Source of the DNA: Ranitomeya imitator
Lineage: Eukaryota
Assembly: GCF_032444005.1 (NCBI RefSeq)
Contig: NC_091287.1
Location: 134,416,001-134,480,000 of the forward strand
Length of the DNA: 64,000 bases
Direction: 5' to 3'
Shown here: positions 49,394 through 62,594 of the stretch, in pieces
How positions within the stretch are numbered: the first letter of the stretch is position 1
Layout of the letters: the number at the start of each line of letters is the position of its first letter
Notes under the pieces: generated by a model
The model's input: the letters and a program-made list of their open reading frames with translations, nothing else
Told to the model about the DNA's origin: nothing
The model's database searches: none
Program-made: the position numbers and the translations under genes

Positions 49394-49444
49394 GTATGTC
49401 ACCCGGCAGCCCGCCAATGAATTACGGGCTGCCGGGTGACATAC
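49394..49444. repeat. Perfect 20-bp inverted repeat with 11-nt loop
   Basis: GTATGTCACCCGGCAGCCCG-CCAATGAATTA-CGGGCTGCCGGGTGACATAC. Confidence 0.95.
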
Positions 49445-49858
49445 AATGAACTGGACGGAAGTTCTTGGATGCTGCCAAAACACAACAGCTCCTTCAAGAC
49501 TATAGTGGCGGCATCCGGGCGGTACAGATCCACCCATTATTCGTTAAGAAAACAGTGGCTAACCCCAGTAAGTGCAGCAACATATGTACCTCTCCTTGTC
49601 TTTTTTTTGGTGGGGCGTGAGGAGGTTTAACTAGGACTTTTCCTCCGGGGCCCGGAGATTTCTCAGTATCCCCTGGTGCCACTCATTACACTGAGAACAC
49701 GCTCTTGCGCCATAGCTTAGAGATCCACTGTGAAAGGAATGTTGGTTATGTGATTGCACAAGAGTCCGTGAGGATTTCCCTATAAGTCTCTGCTGTTTGG
49801 AGTGAATTACTGCAGCAGGGAAATAACTGATCTGCAGAACGAGGGGCACGGTCATTAC

Positions 49859-50150
49859 TAGGGTTGAGCGACCTTAACTTTTTTAGTCTCTCTCTCTCCC
49901 TTGACTTTTTTAGTCTCTCTCTCTCTCTCCTCCGTCCGTCCGTGAACTGAAAAGCTGGTGTTACACAGTGCAAATCGCTACAGCGCACAAGCGACAACAT
50001 GGCGATAGGCGTCCACGCCCCTAAGACCTATGTCATCACTCTGCCCACACCCCTTCATTTGGCGCAGGGATCGGGTCGGGTTTCATGAAGCCCGACTTTG
50101 CCAAAAGTCGGCGACTTTTGAAAATGAACGATCCGTTTCGCTCAACCCTA
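49859..50150. mobile_element. hAT MITE with perfect 8-bp TSD
   Basis: TAGGGTTGAGCG...CGCTCAACCCTA; GTCATTAC at 49851-49858 and 50151-50158. Confidence 0.93.
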
Positions 50151-51099
50151 GTCATTACCAATACTAGAAAGCATAGCCGTCACCTCCTACATCTCCGGAT
50201 CTCATCAACGGAAGTCAACTGAGGAAAGAACAAGGCTTGTTTTGTTTGTTTTTAAACAAATATTATTAGGACGCAGCTTGTGGGTTTCCACCGGGTTCTC
50301 TGGTCATGATGGAAATGTCATCATTGCACTGCCGCGGGTATATTATTTCCACTAACCCCTGAAGGACATCAAGCTTTAAACAGGATTTGGCTTACTACTT
50401 GTTAAACTTTAAGGGGAACATCTGAGAGACCCCAGAGGTGATGAGAAAAGGTGGAAAGCAGAGAACGCATCAAAAATATTTCCCGTGTTAATCATCCATT
50501 TTTACATTGCTCAACCTACACCATTTGACTCCCAAATAGAACACAAGTCCCAATTCACACAGCACTGTGCCCAGGGTGCTTCCCCCATACACAATAGAGT
50601 GCCCACTCAGAACAGTGCCATGGGATCGCGGTTAGGGGGAGAACAGGGGACCAGGTCCCTAATATTAACGACTGTAGGGGTCCCAGTAGTAAGATCGCCA
50701 CCGATCTACCATCTATCACCCACCTACTCAAAAGATGCTGGAAAACCCCATGAACCCCAGGGCTGGACAGACATTTTTGTTGCACAATCCCAGCAGATTA
50801 GGATTTTGTGGTTTAAACCAAACAACCGTTCACAGCCGGAGCGCTACTGCAATACTATGGCCAGATTTCAGGCTCCTAGTTATAGAGAATCTGCCACTAA
50901 GTTTTTTCCATCTAATCTGAGAGCAGCATAATGTAGAGATAGAGATCCTGATTCCAGTGATGTGTCACTTACTGGGCTGCCAGCTGTAGTTTTGATTACA
51001 TAATTGTTTTATCAGTAGGAGATTATGAGTAGAAGACTAATAAACCAGCTGCCATGTAGTGCTCCATATTCATGAACTCGAGGATAAACTGAAGGATTA

Positions 51100-51494
51100 G
51101 GCTACTTTCACACTTCCGTTGGTACGGGGCCATCACAAATCATCGGCCCGACGTACATTGTGCTAAACTTAGCACAACGTGGGCAGTGGATGCAATTTTA
51201 CAACGCATCCGCTGCCCATTGTGATGAGCGGGGAGGAGGGGGCGGAGTTCCGGAAATGGCAGACATGTCGCACAAAAAAAAGTTAGATTTAACTTTTTTT
51301 GCGCGTCGCGTCCGCAAAAAAAAAAAAAAAACCACGACGGATCCGTCGCACGACGGATGCGATGTGTCGCAATACGTCGCTAATACAAGTCTATGGGCAA
51401 AAAACGCATCCTGTAAGCACATTTGCAGGATCCGTTTTTTGTCCATAATGACGGATTGCGACGGAGCCCAGAAGACGGAAGTGTGAAAGTAGCC
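51100..51494. mobile_element. Harbinger MITE sharing the TIR of the full-length element
   Basis: GGCTACTTTCACACTTCCGT...ACGGAAGTGTGAAAGTAGCC; TTA/TAA flanks; colinear with 39820-40240. Confidence 0.92.
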
Positions 51495-51831
51495 TAACTT
51501 GGAGTTTGAATGATTACAAAGATTTATTTTATTAATTGCAAAAACTTTTTTAATTCAATAGAAAAATAGTACGTTCAACATGCAAAAGACAGACAGGTAA
51601 AAACCGCTGAGAAAAATGTACATATAAACAGATGTCAAAAGTATGCCATCAGGCTATGTGTGGGGGTCTCCCAAAGCGGTCACAATGTATCAGCCATTAC
51701 GTTTGATACATTTACTGACAAGTAAAAGGAGAGACCACCTTACCCATTATCGGGGTCAGCTAGGCTTGTTACCAGAGACAAAAAGACATTTTCCTGGTGA
51801 TTGATTCCCTTTAAAGATGCAATATGGGGCG

Positions 51832-52350
51832 ACAAACAGGCAACAAACACACACAGGCGACACACGCACAAACAGGCGACACACAGGCAACAAACACACA
51901 CAGGCGACACACGCACAAACAGGCGACACACAGGCAACAAACACACACAGGCGACACACGCACAAACAGGCGACACACAGGCAACAAACACACACAGGCG
52001 ACACACGCACAAACAGGCGACACACAGGCAACAAACACACAAAGGCGACACACGCACAAACAGGCGACACACAGGCAACAAACACACACAGGCGACACGC
52101 ACAAACAGGCGACACACAGGCAACAAACACACACAGGCGACACACGCACAAACAGGCGACACACAGGCAACAAACACACAAACAGGCGACACACAGGCAA
52201 CAAACACACACAGGCGACACACGCAACAAACACACACAGGCGACACACGCACAAACAGGCGACACACAGGCAACAAACACACACAGGCGACACACGCACA
52301 AACAGGCGACACACAGGCAACAAACACACACAGGCGACACACGCACAAAC
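51832..52350. repeat. 47-bp CA-rich minisatellite, about 11 copies
   Basis: AACAGGCGAC recurs at 51871, 51918 and onward (period 47). Confidence 0.93.
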
Positions 52351-52944
52351 GCTGAAGTACTGAATTTGCTGGAGGTTCCAGGCATGAGGCTTTTGCTCTT
52401 TATAGGATTTGTCCGGTCACAGAATTGATGAGCAAACCTTTGGATAAGTCATTAGTATCAGACTTGGGGGGGGTTGATACACAACAACCCCCCAATCAGC
52501 GGTCATCAGCTCCGGCCGGAGGTAAACCTTGAGCGGAGCTGTTCTGCGCAGCTTTATTCCATGTGTGGAGGCCGGGGATGGAGATGAACTCATTCTCAGA
52601 ATAGTAGCTGTATATGCCGACCGCCGCTGTCCTGTGCGGCTCCAATTAATGGGAACAGCTGACTTGTGGGGGTGACAGGTGGCAGCCCACCACCGATCTG
52701 ATATTAAATGACCTTTCCTAAGGATAAGTCATCAGTAATCATTTATTTTATTATTACGTGAATGGACGTCACCTTTAAATTATTATTTTTTTTTTAAATT
52801 AATAGATGCAAGTGCTAAAGCCCCTAATCAGCTGATGTGCTGGGGGTTAAACCCCCACCAATAAGATTAGAACCTGAGAAACCCCTGGGAATGTCCAATA
52901 TACAACATATATATCTACCCACAGGGGAGGCAATACATGGAGGT

Positions 52945-54545
52945 ATATACAGCACGTACCGTATATATACACATCACAGCACATACCATGCACACACCTA
53001 TGTACACATATATGTATCTACATCACAGCACATATACAGCACGTACCGTATACCCATCACAGCACATATACAGCACACACACAGCACGCACCGTATACCC
53101 ATCACAGCACGTACCGTGTACACACATCACATATACAGCACGTACCGTGTACGCACATCACATATACAGCACGTACCGTGTACGCACATCACAGCACATA
53201 TACAGCACGTACCATGCACACACCTATGTACACATATATGTATCTACATCACAGCACATATACAGCACGTACCATATACCCACAGCACAGCACATATACA
53301 GCACGCACAATATACCCACATCACAGCACATATACAGCACGCACCATATACCCACAGCACAGCACATATACAGCACGCACCATATACCCACACACAGCAC
53401 ATATACAGCACATACCGTATACCCACAGCACAGCACATATACAGCACGCACCATATACCCACAGCACAGCACATATACAGCACGCACCATATACCCACAC
53501 ACAGCATATATACAGCACGTACCGTATACCCATCACAGCACATATACAGCACACACACAGCACATATACAGCACGTACCGTGTACCCACATCACAGCACA
53601 TATACAGCACGCACCATATACCCACATCACAGCACATATACAGCACGCACCATATACCCACACACAGCACATATACAGCACATACCGTATACCCACAGCA
53701 CAGCACATATACAGCACGTACCGTATACCCACAGCACAGCACATATACAGCACGCACCATATACCCACACACAGCACATATACAGCACATACCGTATACC
53801 CACAGCACATATACAGCACATACCGTATACCCACATCACAGCACATATACAGCACGCACCATATACCCACACACAGCACATATACAGCACATACCGTATA
53901 CCCACAGCACAGCACATATACAGCACGTACCGTATACCCACAGCACAGCACATATACAGCACGCACCATATACCCACACACAGCACATATACAGCACGTA
54001 CCGTATACCCACAGCACAGCACATATACAGCACGCACCATATACCCACATCACAGCACATATACAGCACGCACCATATACCCACAGCACAGCACATATAC
54101 AGCACGCACCATATACCCACACACAGCACATATACAGCACATACCGTATACCCACAGCACAGCACATATACAGCACACACACAGCACATATACAGCACGT
54201 ACCGTGTACCCACAGCACAGCACATATACAGCACGTACCGTATACCCATCACATATACAGCACGCACCATATACCCACACACAGCACATATACAGCACAT
54301 ACCGTATACCCACAGCACAGCACATATACAGCACACACACAGCACATATACAGCACGTACCGTGTACCCACAGCACAGCACATATACAGCACGTACCGTA
54401 TACCCATCACATATACAGCACGCACCATATACCCACAGCACAGCACATATACAGCACGCACCATATACCCATCACATATACAGCACACACACAGCACGCA
54501 CTGTATACCCATCACATACACTGCACGCACCCATGCACACACAGC
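52945..54545. repeat. 1.6-kb variant-repeat minisatellite (CACAGCACATATACAGCACGTACCGTATACCC-type units)
   Basis: Interleaved unit variants; source of the 473-602 aa ORFs. Confidence 0.95.
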
Positions 54546-54589
54546 ACCCTGTATCTCGGGCCATGTCAGCTCTCGTCCATCCTTTCTGC

Positions 54590-55420
54590 AAGTACATGAC
54601 GTCACATCCTCCCACCGCAGATGTCAGGCCTCAGTGATGTCATGAAATAGAAAAGCTGGCCGATCCCGCAGCCACTGACCGATCACACAGCCCGACCTGC
54701 AGGCGATCCATAGGGGAGCCCCCGATCACTGACAGCCCTGTGATGGGGGCGATGAGGAGACCACCCGGGTGACACATGCCCGGAGCAAGCACTCACCGCT
54801 CAGGGAGATCCGAGTCCTGCTGTGTCCGCACTACAGGTCGCACAATGTCGCATCTGGCAGAGGGCCAGCACCGATCTGATCAGGCGCACAGACTTGTCGC
54901 AGGCGCACACCATCCGGGCTCTCGCCGGCCGGCTATTTTTTGTCCTTGCCTGCAGTCCTCCCGCCCCTTGCTCTGTCCTTTGGCAGTAACAGAGTCCGAA
55001 GCAAGGGGGCGCCTGTCCCGCCAGTGAAGTCACACCCGGGGGCTGCTGGGAGGGGATGGAGGGTCCCGTCCTATGTGAGAGCAGAGCCCGCTATCTCCAT
55101 GCCTCGGACAGGTGACTTACTGCAGGACGGTGACGTCATCACATTCAACCCGTTCTGTCAGGGGGAGGAGGGCGGAGTCTCGTTGGTGGAGGGGACCAGA
55201 CCACGCCCAGCCGTATCCTGGCAACCACAGCCAGTGGAGTGTAGTGGCGCCGGATTCGGATTCGAGGCGGGCACCCGGCACTGCTGCCACTCACCACTAT
55301 TGCTCCATCACCTCAGCCGAGTCTCTGGCCCCTCCCATGACAAAACCTGATCACGTGGGCGTGACGTCACGACAGGTCCTTCAGCACACTGCAGCATCTC
55401 CGCTCTCCTGCGTCCTATTT
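54590..55420. promoter_or_regulatory. CpG-island-like candidate promoter / first-exon cluster
   Basis: GC- and CpG-rich non-repetitive DNA; TGACGTCA at 54597, 55131 and 55362; CACGTG at 55352; GC boxes; minus-strand donors after 54797, 55121 and 55295. Confidence 0.6.
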
Positions 55421-56004
55421 TCTTTTCGTTACTAAGGTAACGGGCTTTTCCAATGCATTTGTAGGGGGAGATGCTTTACTGTGTATGTAAGTGGCTACTC
55501 CCTGGACATCACACCTTTCACTGTGACACGTGTATGAACTGAGAAAGACATGCGGCTGAGAAAATAGGAAAAGAAGGAAGGTTGTCCTTACTCCGGGCTG
55601 CAGTAGCTCCCCCCGTGGGTGCAATGGTTTAGTCTGAGGACGGTTGTTGCCGGTGGGAGCTCGTGCAGGTGGCTGAGGACCCGGCTGGCGGGGGTTACAG
55701 GTGTGTTGGCTCCTTCCCTGCAGCGCTGTGTAATAAGCCGCATTATATTATATACATTATATTATACCGCTGCACTGTCACCTACATGTTCACACTGCCG
55801 GCTGTAACTTCTCACATGTCGGGTGGGCTCCTACAGAACTGCACAGGGTGGGAGACATGCTGCAGAGCCGCAGGTGGATTACACCACCGAGCTGCCACCC
55901 ATCCACAGCAAAGTCACGGGTGATAGGAGCTGATCTGCGGCCCCTGGCTGCGGCCACTACCCCGTGTGACAGAACCATAGAAAAGAGCGGATTGGCACAT
56001 CCCG

Positions 56005-56315
56005 CCCCGTGCATTCTGGAATGCTGTAGATAAGCCCCGATGTATCCTGAAAGATGGGAAAAGACGTTATATTATACTCACCCAGGGGTGGTCCTGCTAT
56101 GGTCCGGTCCGATGCGCGTCGTGGTCTGGGTCTGGCGCCTCCCATCTTCTTACGATGACGTCCTCTTTTTGTCTTCACGCTGCGGCTCCTCTCTGACCTT
56201 TTCCGACCGCTGCGGAACCGCACAAAAAAACGCGACAAATCCGCAGGTGCGTTCTCTGCCAGGAGAGGCAGAATCCGCACCAGAAAGTCCTAATCCGCAA
56301 CGTGTGCACATAGCC
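56005..56315. mobile_element. Chimeric remnant: Kolobok arm fused to a Harbinger right end
   Basis: GAATGCTGTAGATAAGCCCC...ATACTCACCCAGGGG as in 21939-22575, then CCGCAACGTGTGCACATAGCC-TAA. Confidence 0.7.
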
Positions 56316-56704
56316 TAAGAATACACAGATAGTGATGCCTTGTATCAAACCCAGGTCCCTCCAGCCTGGCCCAAATGAGTTCTGTGATATCAGTGGCCCA
56401 AAGTCATTTAACCCTATGATTAACTCCCTTTGGTGCCCACTTTGATGCCCATTTTTGTGCCAGTTTTATAATTTTTGTAGCTGTTTTTAAGTGTGTTCAC
56501 ATAAGAGCACCTCGCTGCATTGTATGGTATTATTGTGATGATTATTTTTTGTTGTTAAACCTATAAAAAACCTGAAAAGAAAAAATTGCCAAATGAGAAA
56601 CTGACGAACAAGAAACCAACTTCAGCCTCGTGCTGCTGACGACAGACGGTTGCGGGGCTGTCAGACCTCCCCGACAGTGTCCGAAGAATAGCTCATCATT
56701 CTAA

Positions 56705-57011
56705 GGCTACGTCCCCACGGTCAGTAAACGCTGCGGGTTGGACGCTGCATACATCCACAGCGTCCAGATGTTACAGCATAGTGGATGGGATTTCACGAAA
56801 TCCCATGTCCACTATGCATGCACGCCACCAGCTTCCCTGCGGAGACGGACATGCGGCGCATCTTTCCAGACCGCAGTATGTCTATTTATCTTGCGTAGAC
56901 GCTCAATCTCCACAAGATAAATCTAACCCACACAATGTATAGGGCGCGGTGATTCCACACGGTTCAATGAACACATTGCGCAATCACCTGCGTGACCAGG
57001 GGAACATACCC
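56705..57011. mobile_element. Harbinger-type MITE
   Basis: GGCTACGTCCCC...GGGGAACATACCC; TAA TSD. Confidence 0.8.
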
Positions 57012-57035
57012 TAAGTGGACTGAAAAGCTCCTTTA

Positions 57036-57223
57036 GGCCATGTTCACACCTTCAGTATTTGGTCAGTATTTTATCACAGTATCTGTAAGCCAAAACCAGG
57101 AGACGGAACAATCAGAGGAAAAGTATAATAGAAACACGTCACCACTTCTGTATTTATCACCCACTCCTGGTTTTGGCTTACACATACTGAGGTATGAAAC
57201 TGACCAAATACTGAACCCGTGGC
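57036..57223. mobile_element. Harbinger-type MITE, damaged right end
   Basis: TTA-GGCCATGTTCACACC start; inverted arms CAGTATTTGGTCAG / CTGACCAAATACTG. Confidence 0.7.
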
Positions 57224-57649
57224 TTTGAAATTCAGAATCTGCAGATAGACACCAGGTCTGTACCTGTAAGGCACAGTGATGGAACGGGCGCAGAAGCTTT
57301 GGCTACATCATCATCTGCAGGAGGACGGATGCAGTTTACAAGTGGAATCTTGCAGAAACAGGCCAAGGTGAGAGATATCTCTGATCTTCATGGGCCAAAG
57401 GTAAAAGGACCCAGTCAGCTCAGAATGACTGTTCAAACCAAGTATAACACTCTGTGCTTCACAGTGAGGTCAAGCATGTGTGCTCACCTTCTGAGCTGCT
57501 TGTTTTCCAATCTAGTTCTGCCCTTCTCTGGCTCTGTAGAGCTGTCAGTCAGAGGAGAGGTGGAGATAGAGGGAAACCAAGCAGGTGGGACGGTGTGCAT
57601 GATTCGCCACGCCATGAAGCTCCGAGGGCTTTTACTTTTACAGTTATAC

Positions 57650-58740
57650 TGTGCTGACAGTCATTTAAAAGTGGACGCTGGGCCCACCATATTCTCTTAC
57701 TTGATTTGAAGATCGCAATCACCAGAACCCCACACTGCGACACACCCTGCTGGGAATCTGACATTGGCTCCACGTCAAATGACATAGACTGGACTCGTAT
57801 TTGGTTTTCCACAAGGGGCGTCTTGCTCAATACCCTAATGTTGGAAGCTAATTATAAAGTCATCAGAGGGTACTTGACTCCAGGCAAAATGGTAAAGCCA
57901 TTCCCAACTACTAGTCTCGGTACTTCGGAGGCTGCCAGTCTACAGGTGACGTGTCATATCTGGTGGCTCTGCCCCACAGCACCTAGTCTCTGGATTAGGG
58001 TGTACTTTTTTATCTCAGTTACAGGTCATAACTTCCAGATAAACCTCTGGAAGACTTTGTTACAGAAGCTCAACCACAATGTTCCTAATTAGACCCAAGT
58101 CATTTTGGAGTGCTCATTGCTGAACGGTGTATTGATTCTGCCTGGAGAAAGTAGATGTGAAAAAGCTTGTCTCCTGGTACATGATGGATGAGAAACTCGT
58201 GGCAATACTGATTGCCAGGGTAGAAAAATTTAAAAAAAGGGGTCAACCCGGGCTGAGTGCAGTAGCCATATTCCTTTCGCAACTCCGCCCTTGCGTCTAC
58301 AGATTAATATGGTGTCTGATCTCTCGTAACCAGTTCCATCCATTGTGTCGGTTTTCATTTCCCGTCCCCCTCCTCTTTTCCCTGCTCTTTTCTTAACCGT
58401 CCCCCCGCCCTACCATATTTATCTTCCCACCATCCTGTCAGCCACCCTGTTATAACCCCCTGCCTTTAACATAACCCCTGGGATGTCTGCTGTATATCAT
58501 GTTCAGACCCCAGTAACCATTTGCCTTATTTTTGAATAGTTTATTCATACTTTCGATTCTCAAAGCCTTAACGTTCCATGCTTTTATATTTTTCCCATGG
58601 TCTGGCTCACATTTGTTCCATCATGTTGTTCTTGTTTGATTTTTTTTTATGTCCCTTTTTTCTTTTCTTTATTCAAAAGTTTGTACTTTTGTGATTTTGA
58701 ATCATTATTTCTCTGTCTTAAAACTGTTCAATACATTAAG
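57650..58740 (+). mobile_element. Old L1 3' fragment
   Basis: CWESDIG...DWTRIW...EANYKVI...HIWWLCP (57706-58092), frameshifted continuation, T-rich 3' UTR. Confidence 0.8.
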
Positions 58741-58829
58741 GTATTATCCGAGACACGCTCGTGTCCTAATTGAATATTTTCTGCATTCTCAAAAAGTATG
58801 CTCGAGTTGCCGCTTTTTTGTTTGACAGA

Positions 58830-60500
58830 CACCCCCTCCCCTTCACAGTTTTTGTGTTTTGCTACCTGACAACCTGGAATTTTACTTTTTTTAGGGTTTG
58901 CTTCGGGATATGTAAAGGACATGTTTACAACTGTGAACATTTGGTTTTCTTTTTATTGTGAAGCTAACAACAGATAGGATAAAATAACTGAAAACTTCAG
59001 TGTGCATAATTATTTACCCCCCTAAAGTCAGTATTTTGTAGAACCTCCTTTTGTGGCAATTACAGTTGCAAGTCGCTTTGGATAAGTCTCTCTGAGCCTT
59101 CCACATTTTGTCACTGGGATTTTTGCCCATTTCTCAAGGCAAAACTGCTCTTGCTCCTTCAAGTTAGATGGTTTCTTCTGGTGAAAAGCAATCTTCAAGT
59201 CTGACCACAAATTCTCAACGGGATTAAGGTCTGCGCTTTCAGTAGGCCCCTCCAAAACGTTTACACGTTTCTCCCTTAAACCACTCGAGTGTTTTAGCAG
59301 TATGCTTTGGTTAATTGTCTTGTTGAAAGCTTAACATCAGTCCCAGTCTCAAATCACTGACAGATGGATACAGGTTTTGCTCAAGAATATCCCTGTATTT
59401 CGCACCATCCATCTTCCCCTCGACGAGGACAATTTTTCCTGTCCCTGCTGCCAAAAAACATCCCCATAGAGTGATGATCTCACCCCTCATGTTTCACTGT
59501 GGGGATGGTGTTCTTGGAGTAATGAGTTGTGTTGGTTTGGCGGCAGACATAGCATTTACTTTGGTGGCCAAAAAGTTAAATTTTGGTCTCATCTCACCAC
59601 ATCACCTTACTACGTACATTTGGGGAGTCTCCCACAGACGTCACCGCTCTGCTTTCCGGCTGACCGACGCTCACAGCCAGAGCAGGAGGAGAGCAGAGCA
59701 CAGCGCTGGAGGACAGAGAGCGGTAGGTAAGTATGTAGTGTTTGTTTTTTTACTTTTAGGATGGTAACCAGGGTAAACATCGGGTTACTAAGCGCGGCCC
59801 TGCGCTTAGTTACCCGATGTTTACCCTGGTTACCAGCAAAGACATCGCTGAATCGGTGTCACACACGCCGATTCAGCGATGTCTACGGGGAGTCCAGCGA
59901 CGAAATAAAGTTCTGGACTTTCTTCCCCGACCAGCGATCTCCCAGCAGGGGCCTGATCGCTGCTGCCTGTCACACTGGACGATATCGCTAGCGAGGACGC
60001 TGCAACGTCACGGATCGCTAGCGATATCGTCTAGTGTGACGGTACCTTTACCAGACACACTGACGGCTGAAAGAGCCCTTAATCTGCATTGTAACCACAG
60101 GTGTGGCTGTAATCACAATGCACTCCAGTGGGTTCAGTATGTCTCTATGCTCATCTTGGGGGACACATACCAGCCCTCGAATATGATTCCCGTCAGTGTC
60201 TCATATTGTGAACTCTGCAATTCGCTCAGGGTTACCTTTTGGTTTCTGTGCTGCCCCTATGATTAATGCCCTCCTTGCCCAGGCTGAAAGTGTTGGTGGG
60301 CGGCCTTCTTTTAGCAGGTTTATTGTTGTATCATGTTCCTTCCATTTCATGATCATGCATTTGTTGGTGCTCCGGGGGATCATCAGAGATTGGGATATTT
60401 TTTTTTTATAAGCGAACCCTTACTTGACCTTCTCAATAACTTTGTCCCTGACTTGTTTGGAGATCTCCTTGGTCTTTATGGTGTTGTTTGGTTAGTGGTG
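58830..60500 (-). mobile_element. Tc1/mariner remnant interrupted by a truncated MITE
   Basis: N-terminal IPRST..IMKWKEHDTTINL..GRPPTLS (60201-60383) and C-terminal SADLNPVENLWSDLK...KGGSTKY (59028-59255). Confidence 0.85.
59637..60047. mobile_element. Half copy of the AGGTAC-family Harbinger MITE
   Basis: Begins at the central GACGTCACCG; ends AGTGTGACGGTACCT-TTA. Confidence 0.85.
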
Positions 60501-60823
60501 CCTCTTTCTTAACCTCTTAGTGACCCAGACAATCTTAACCATAATCACCAGGCAAAATTCTTTTTTTAAATTCTGACCATTGTCACTTTATGAGGTAATA
60601 AATCTGGAACGCTTCAACGGATCTCAGTGATTCTGAGATTGTGTTCTCGTGACATATTGCACTTCGTGGTAATGGTAAAAAATTGTTTGATATGATTTGC
60701 ATTTATTTGTGAGAATATCAGAAATTTGGCCAAAATTTATCAATTTTCAAACACAATTCTTATGTCCTTTAAACCAGAGAGTTAAATAGCAGGATAGGAA
60801 GTATGTCTGTGGTCACTCCTGTA

Positions 60824-60873
60824 TTGTTGTCCTGAAGAAGTCGTCAGTGGACTCTGAAACGCGTTGACAACAA
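60824..60873 (+). ncRNA. Minimal type I hammerhead ribozyme-like motif (Penelope-type)
   Basis: Stem I TTGTTGTC/GACAACAA (8 bp perfect), core CTGAAGA, stem II AGTC/GACT, GAAA, palindromic stem III ACGCGT, cleavage triplet GTT. An extra CT before GAAA is non-canonical. Confidence 0.6.
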
Positions 60874-60892
60874 ACCTACAATACTATTAACA

Positions 60893-62438
60893 ACTAGCTG
60901 AAGAGCCCGGCGTTGTCTGGGCATAGTAAATATCTGTGGTTAGTTATAGCACCTCACTTTTTCTCCCTCACACCTCTCATTTTCTCCCTCACTCCTCTCA
61001 TTCCCCCTAACACTTGTCATTTCGACCTCACATCTGTCATTTTCTGATCACTCCACTATTTTCCCTCACTCCTCTCATTTTGCACTCACACCTTTTCATT
61101 TTCACCTCAGTATATACATGTTTGTCATCTCCCTTATATATAGTATACACCTGTATGTCATCTCCTGTATATAGTATATACCTGTATGTCATCTCCTGTA
61201 TATAGTATATACCTGTGTGTCATCTCCTCCTGTATATAGTATATACCTGTATGTCATCTCCTCCTGTATATAGTATGTACCTGTATGTCATCTCCTCCTC
61301 TATATAGTATATACCTGTGTGTCATCTCTCCTGTATATAGTATATACCTGTGTGTTATCTCCTCCTGTATTAGACCTCGTTCACACGTTATTTGCTCAGT
61401 ATTTTTACCTCAGTATTTGTAAGCTAAATTGGCAGCCTGATAAATCCCCAGCCAACAGGAAGCCCTCCCCCTGGCAGTATATATTAGCTCACACATACAC
61501 ATAATAGACAGGTCATGTGACTGACAGCTGCCGTATTTCCTATATGGTACATTTGTTGCTCTTGTAGTTTGCTTATTAATCAGATTTTTATTTTTGAAGG
61601 ATAATACCAGACTCTTGTGTGTTTTAGGGCTAATTTCGTTTGTCAAGTTGTGTGTTGAGTTGCGTGTGGCGACATGCATGTAGCGACTTTTGTGAGATGA
61701 GTTTTGTGTGGCGACGTGTGTAGCAACTTTTTATGTGTCGAGTTGCATGTGACAGGTAAGTGTAGCAAGTTGTGTGCAGCTAGTTTTGCGCGTGGCGAGT
61801 TTTATGTGTGGTGCCTTTTGAGTATGTGCAAGTTTTGTGTGAGGCAACTTTTGCATGTGTTGCAACTTTTGTGCATGTGGCAATTTTTCCGCGTGTGCAA
61901 GTTTTGCGTGTGGCGAGTTTTCCATGAGGTGAGTTTTGCACTTGTGCCGAGTTTTGTGTGAGCCTAGTTTTTGCATGTGGCGAGTTTTGCGCGTGGCGAG
62001 TTTTGAGCGCCGACTTTTGTGTTTTGACTTTTATGTGGCGAGGTTGGTGTATGTGTGGTGAAATGTGTGCTGAGGGTAATATGTGTTCAAGCACATGGTA
62101 GTGTGTGGCGCATTTTGTGTGTGTGTTCATATCCCCGTGTGTGGTGAGTATCCCATGTCGGGACCCCACCTTAGCAACTGTACGGTATATACTCTTTGGC
62201 ACCATCGCTCTCACTCTTTAAGTCCCCCTTGTTCACATCTGGCAACTGTCAATTTGCCTCCAACACTTTTCCTTTCACTTTTCCCCATTATGTAGATAGG
62301 GGCAAAATTGTTTGGTGAATTGGAAAGCGCAGGGTTAAAATTTCACCTCACAACATAGCCTATGACGCTCTCGGGGTCCAGACGTGTGAGTGTGCAAAAT
62401 TTTGTGGCGGTAGCTGCGACGGTGCAGATGCCAATCCC

Positions 62439-62530
<92 letters not shown>

Positions 62531-62548
62531 TCAGCTTTATATATTAGA
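60893..62548 (+). mobile_element. Helitron-like non-autonomous element with internal tandem repeats and (CA)n
   Basis: ACTAGCTGAAGAGCCCGGCG start, TATATATTAG(A) end, no TSD; 31-34-bp repeats at 61140-61370; (CA)n at 62442-62529. Confidence 0.7.
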
Positions 62549-62594
62549 TATTTGTGTTGTATTCCGGAGACATATTTCCTATCCTGCTATTTAA

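Noticed and set aside
51740-52428. Cys/Val-rich and Thr/His-rich ORFs of about 200 aa
   Set aside because: Both strands of the 47-bp minisatellite.
52837-54645. 602-, 566- and 473-aa ORFs rich in H/T/Y/I
   Set aside because: They are translations of a minisatellite open in all three frames because the unit lacks stop codons; no domain or splice structure.
57299-57709. 136-aa ORF or exon candidate
   Set aside because: No recognisable homology, weak acceptor, and it abuts an L1 remnant.
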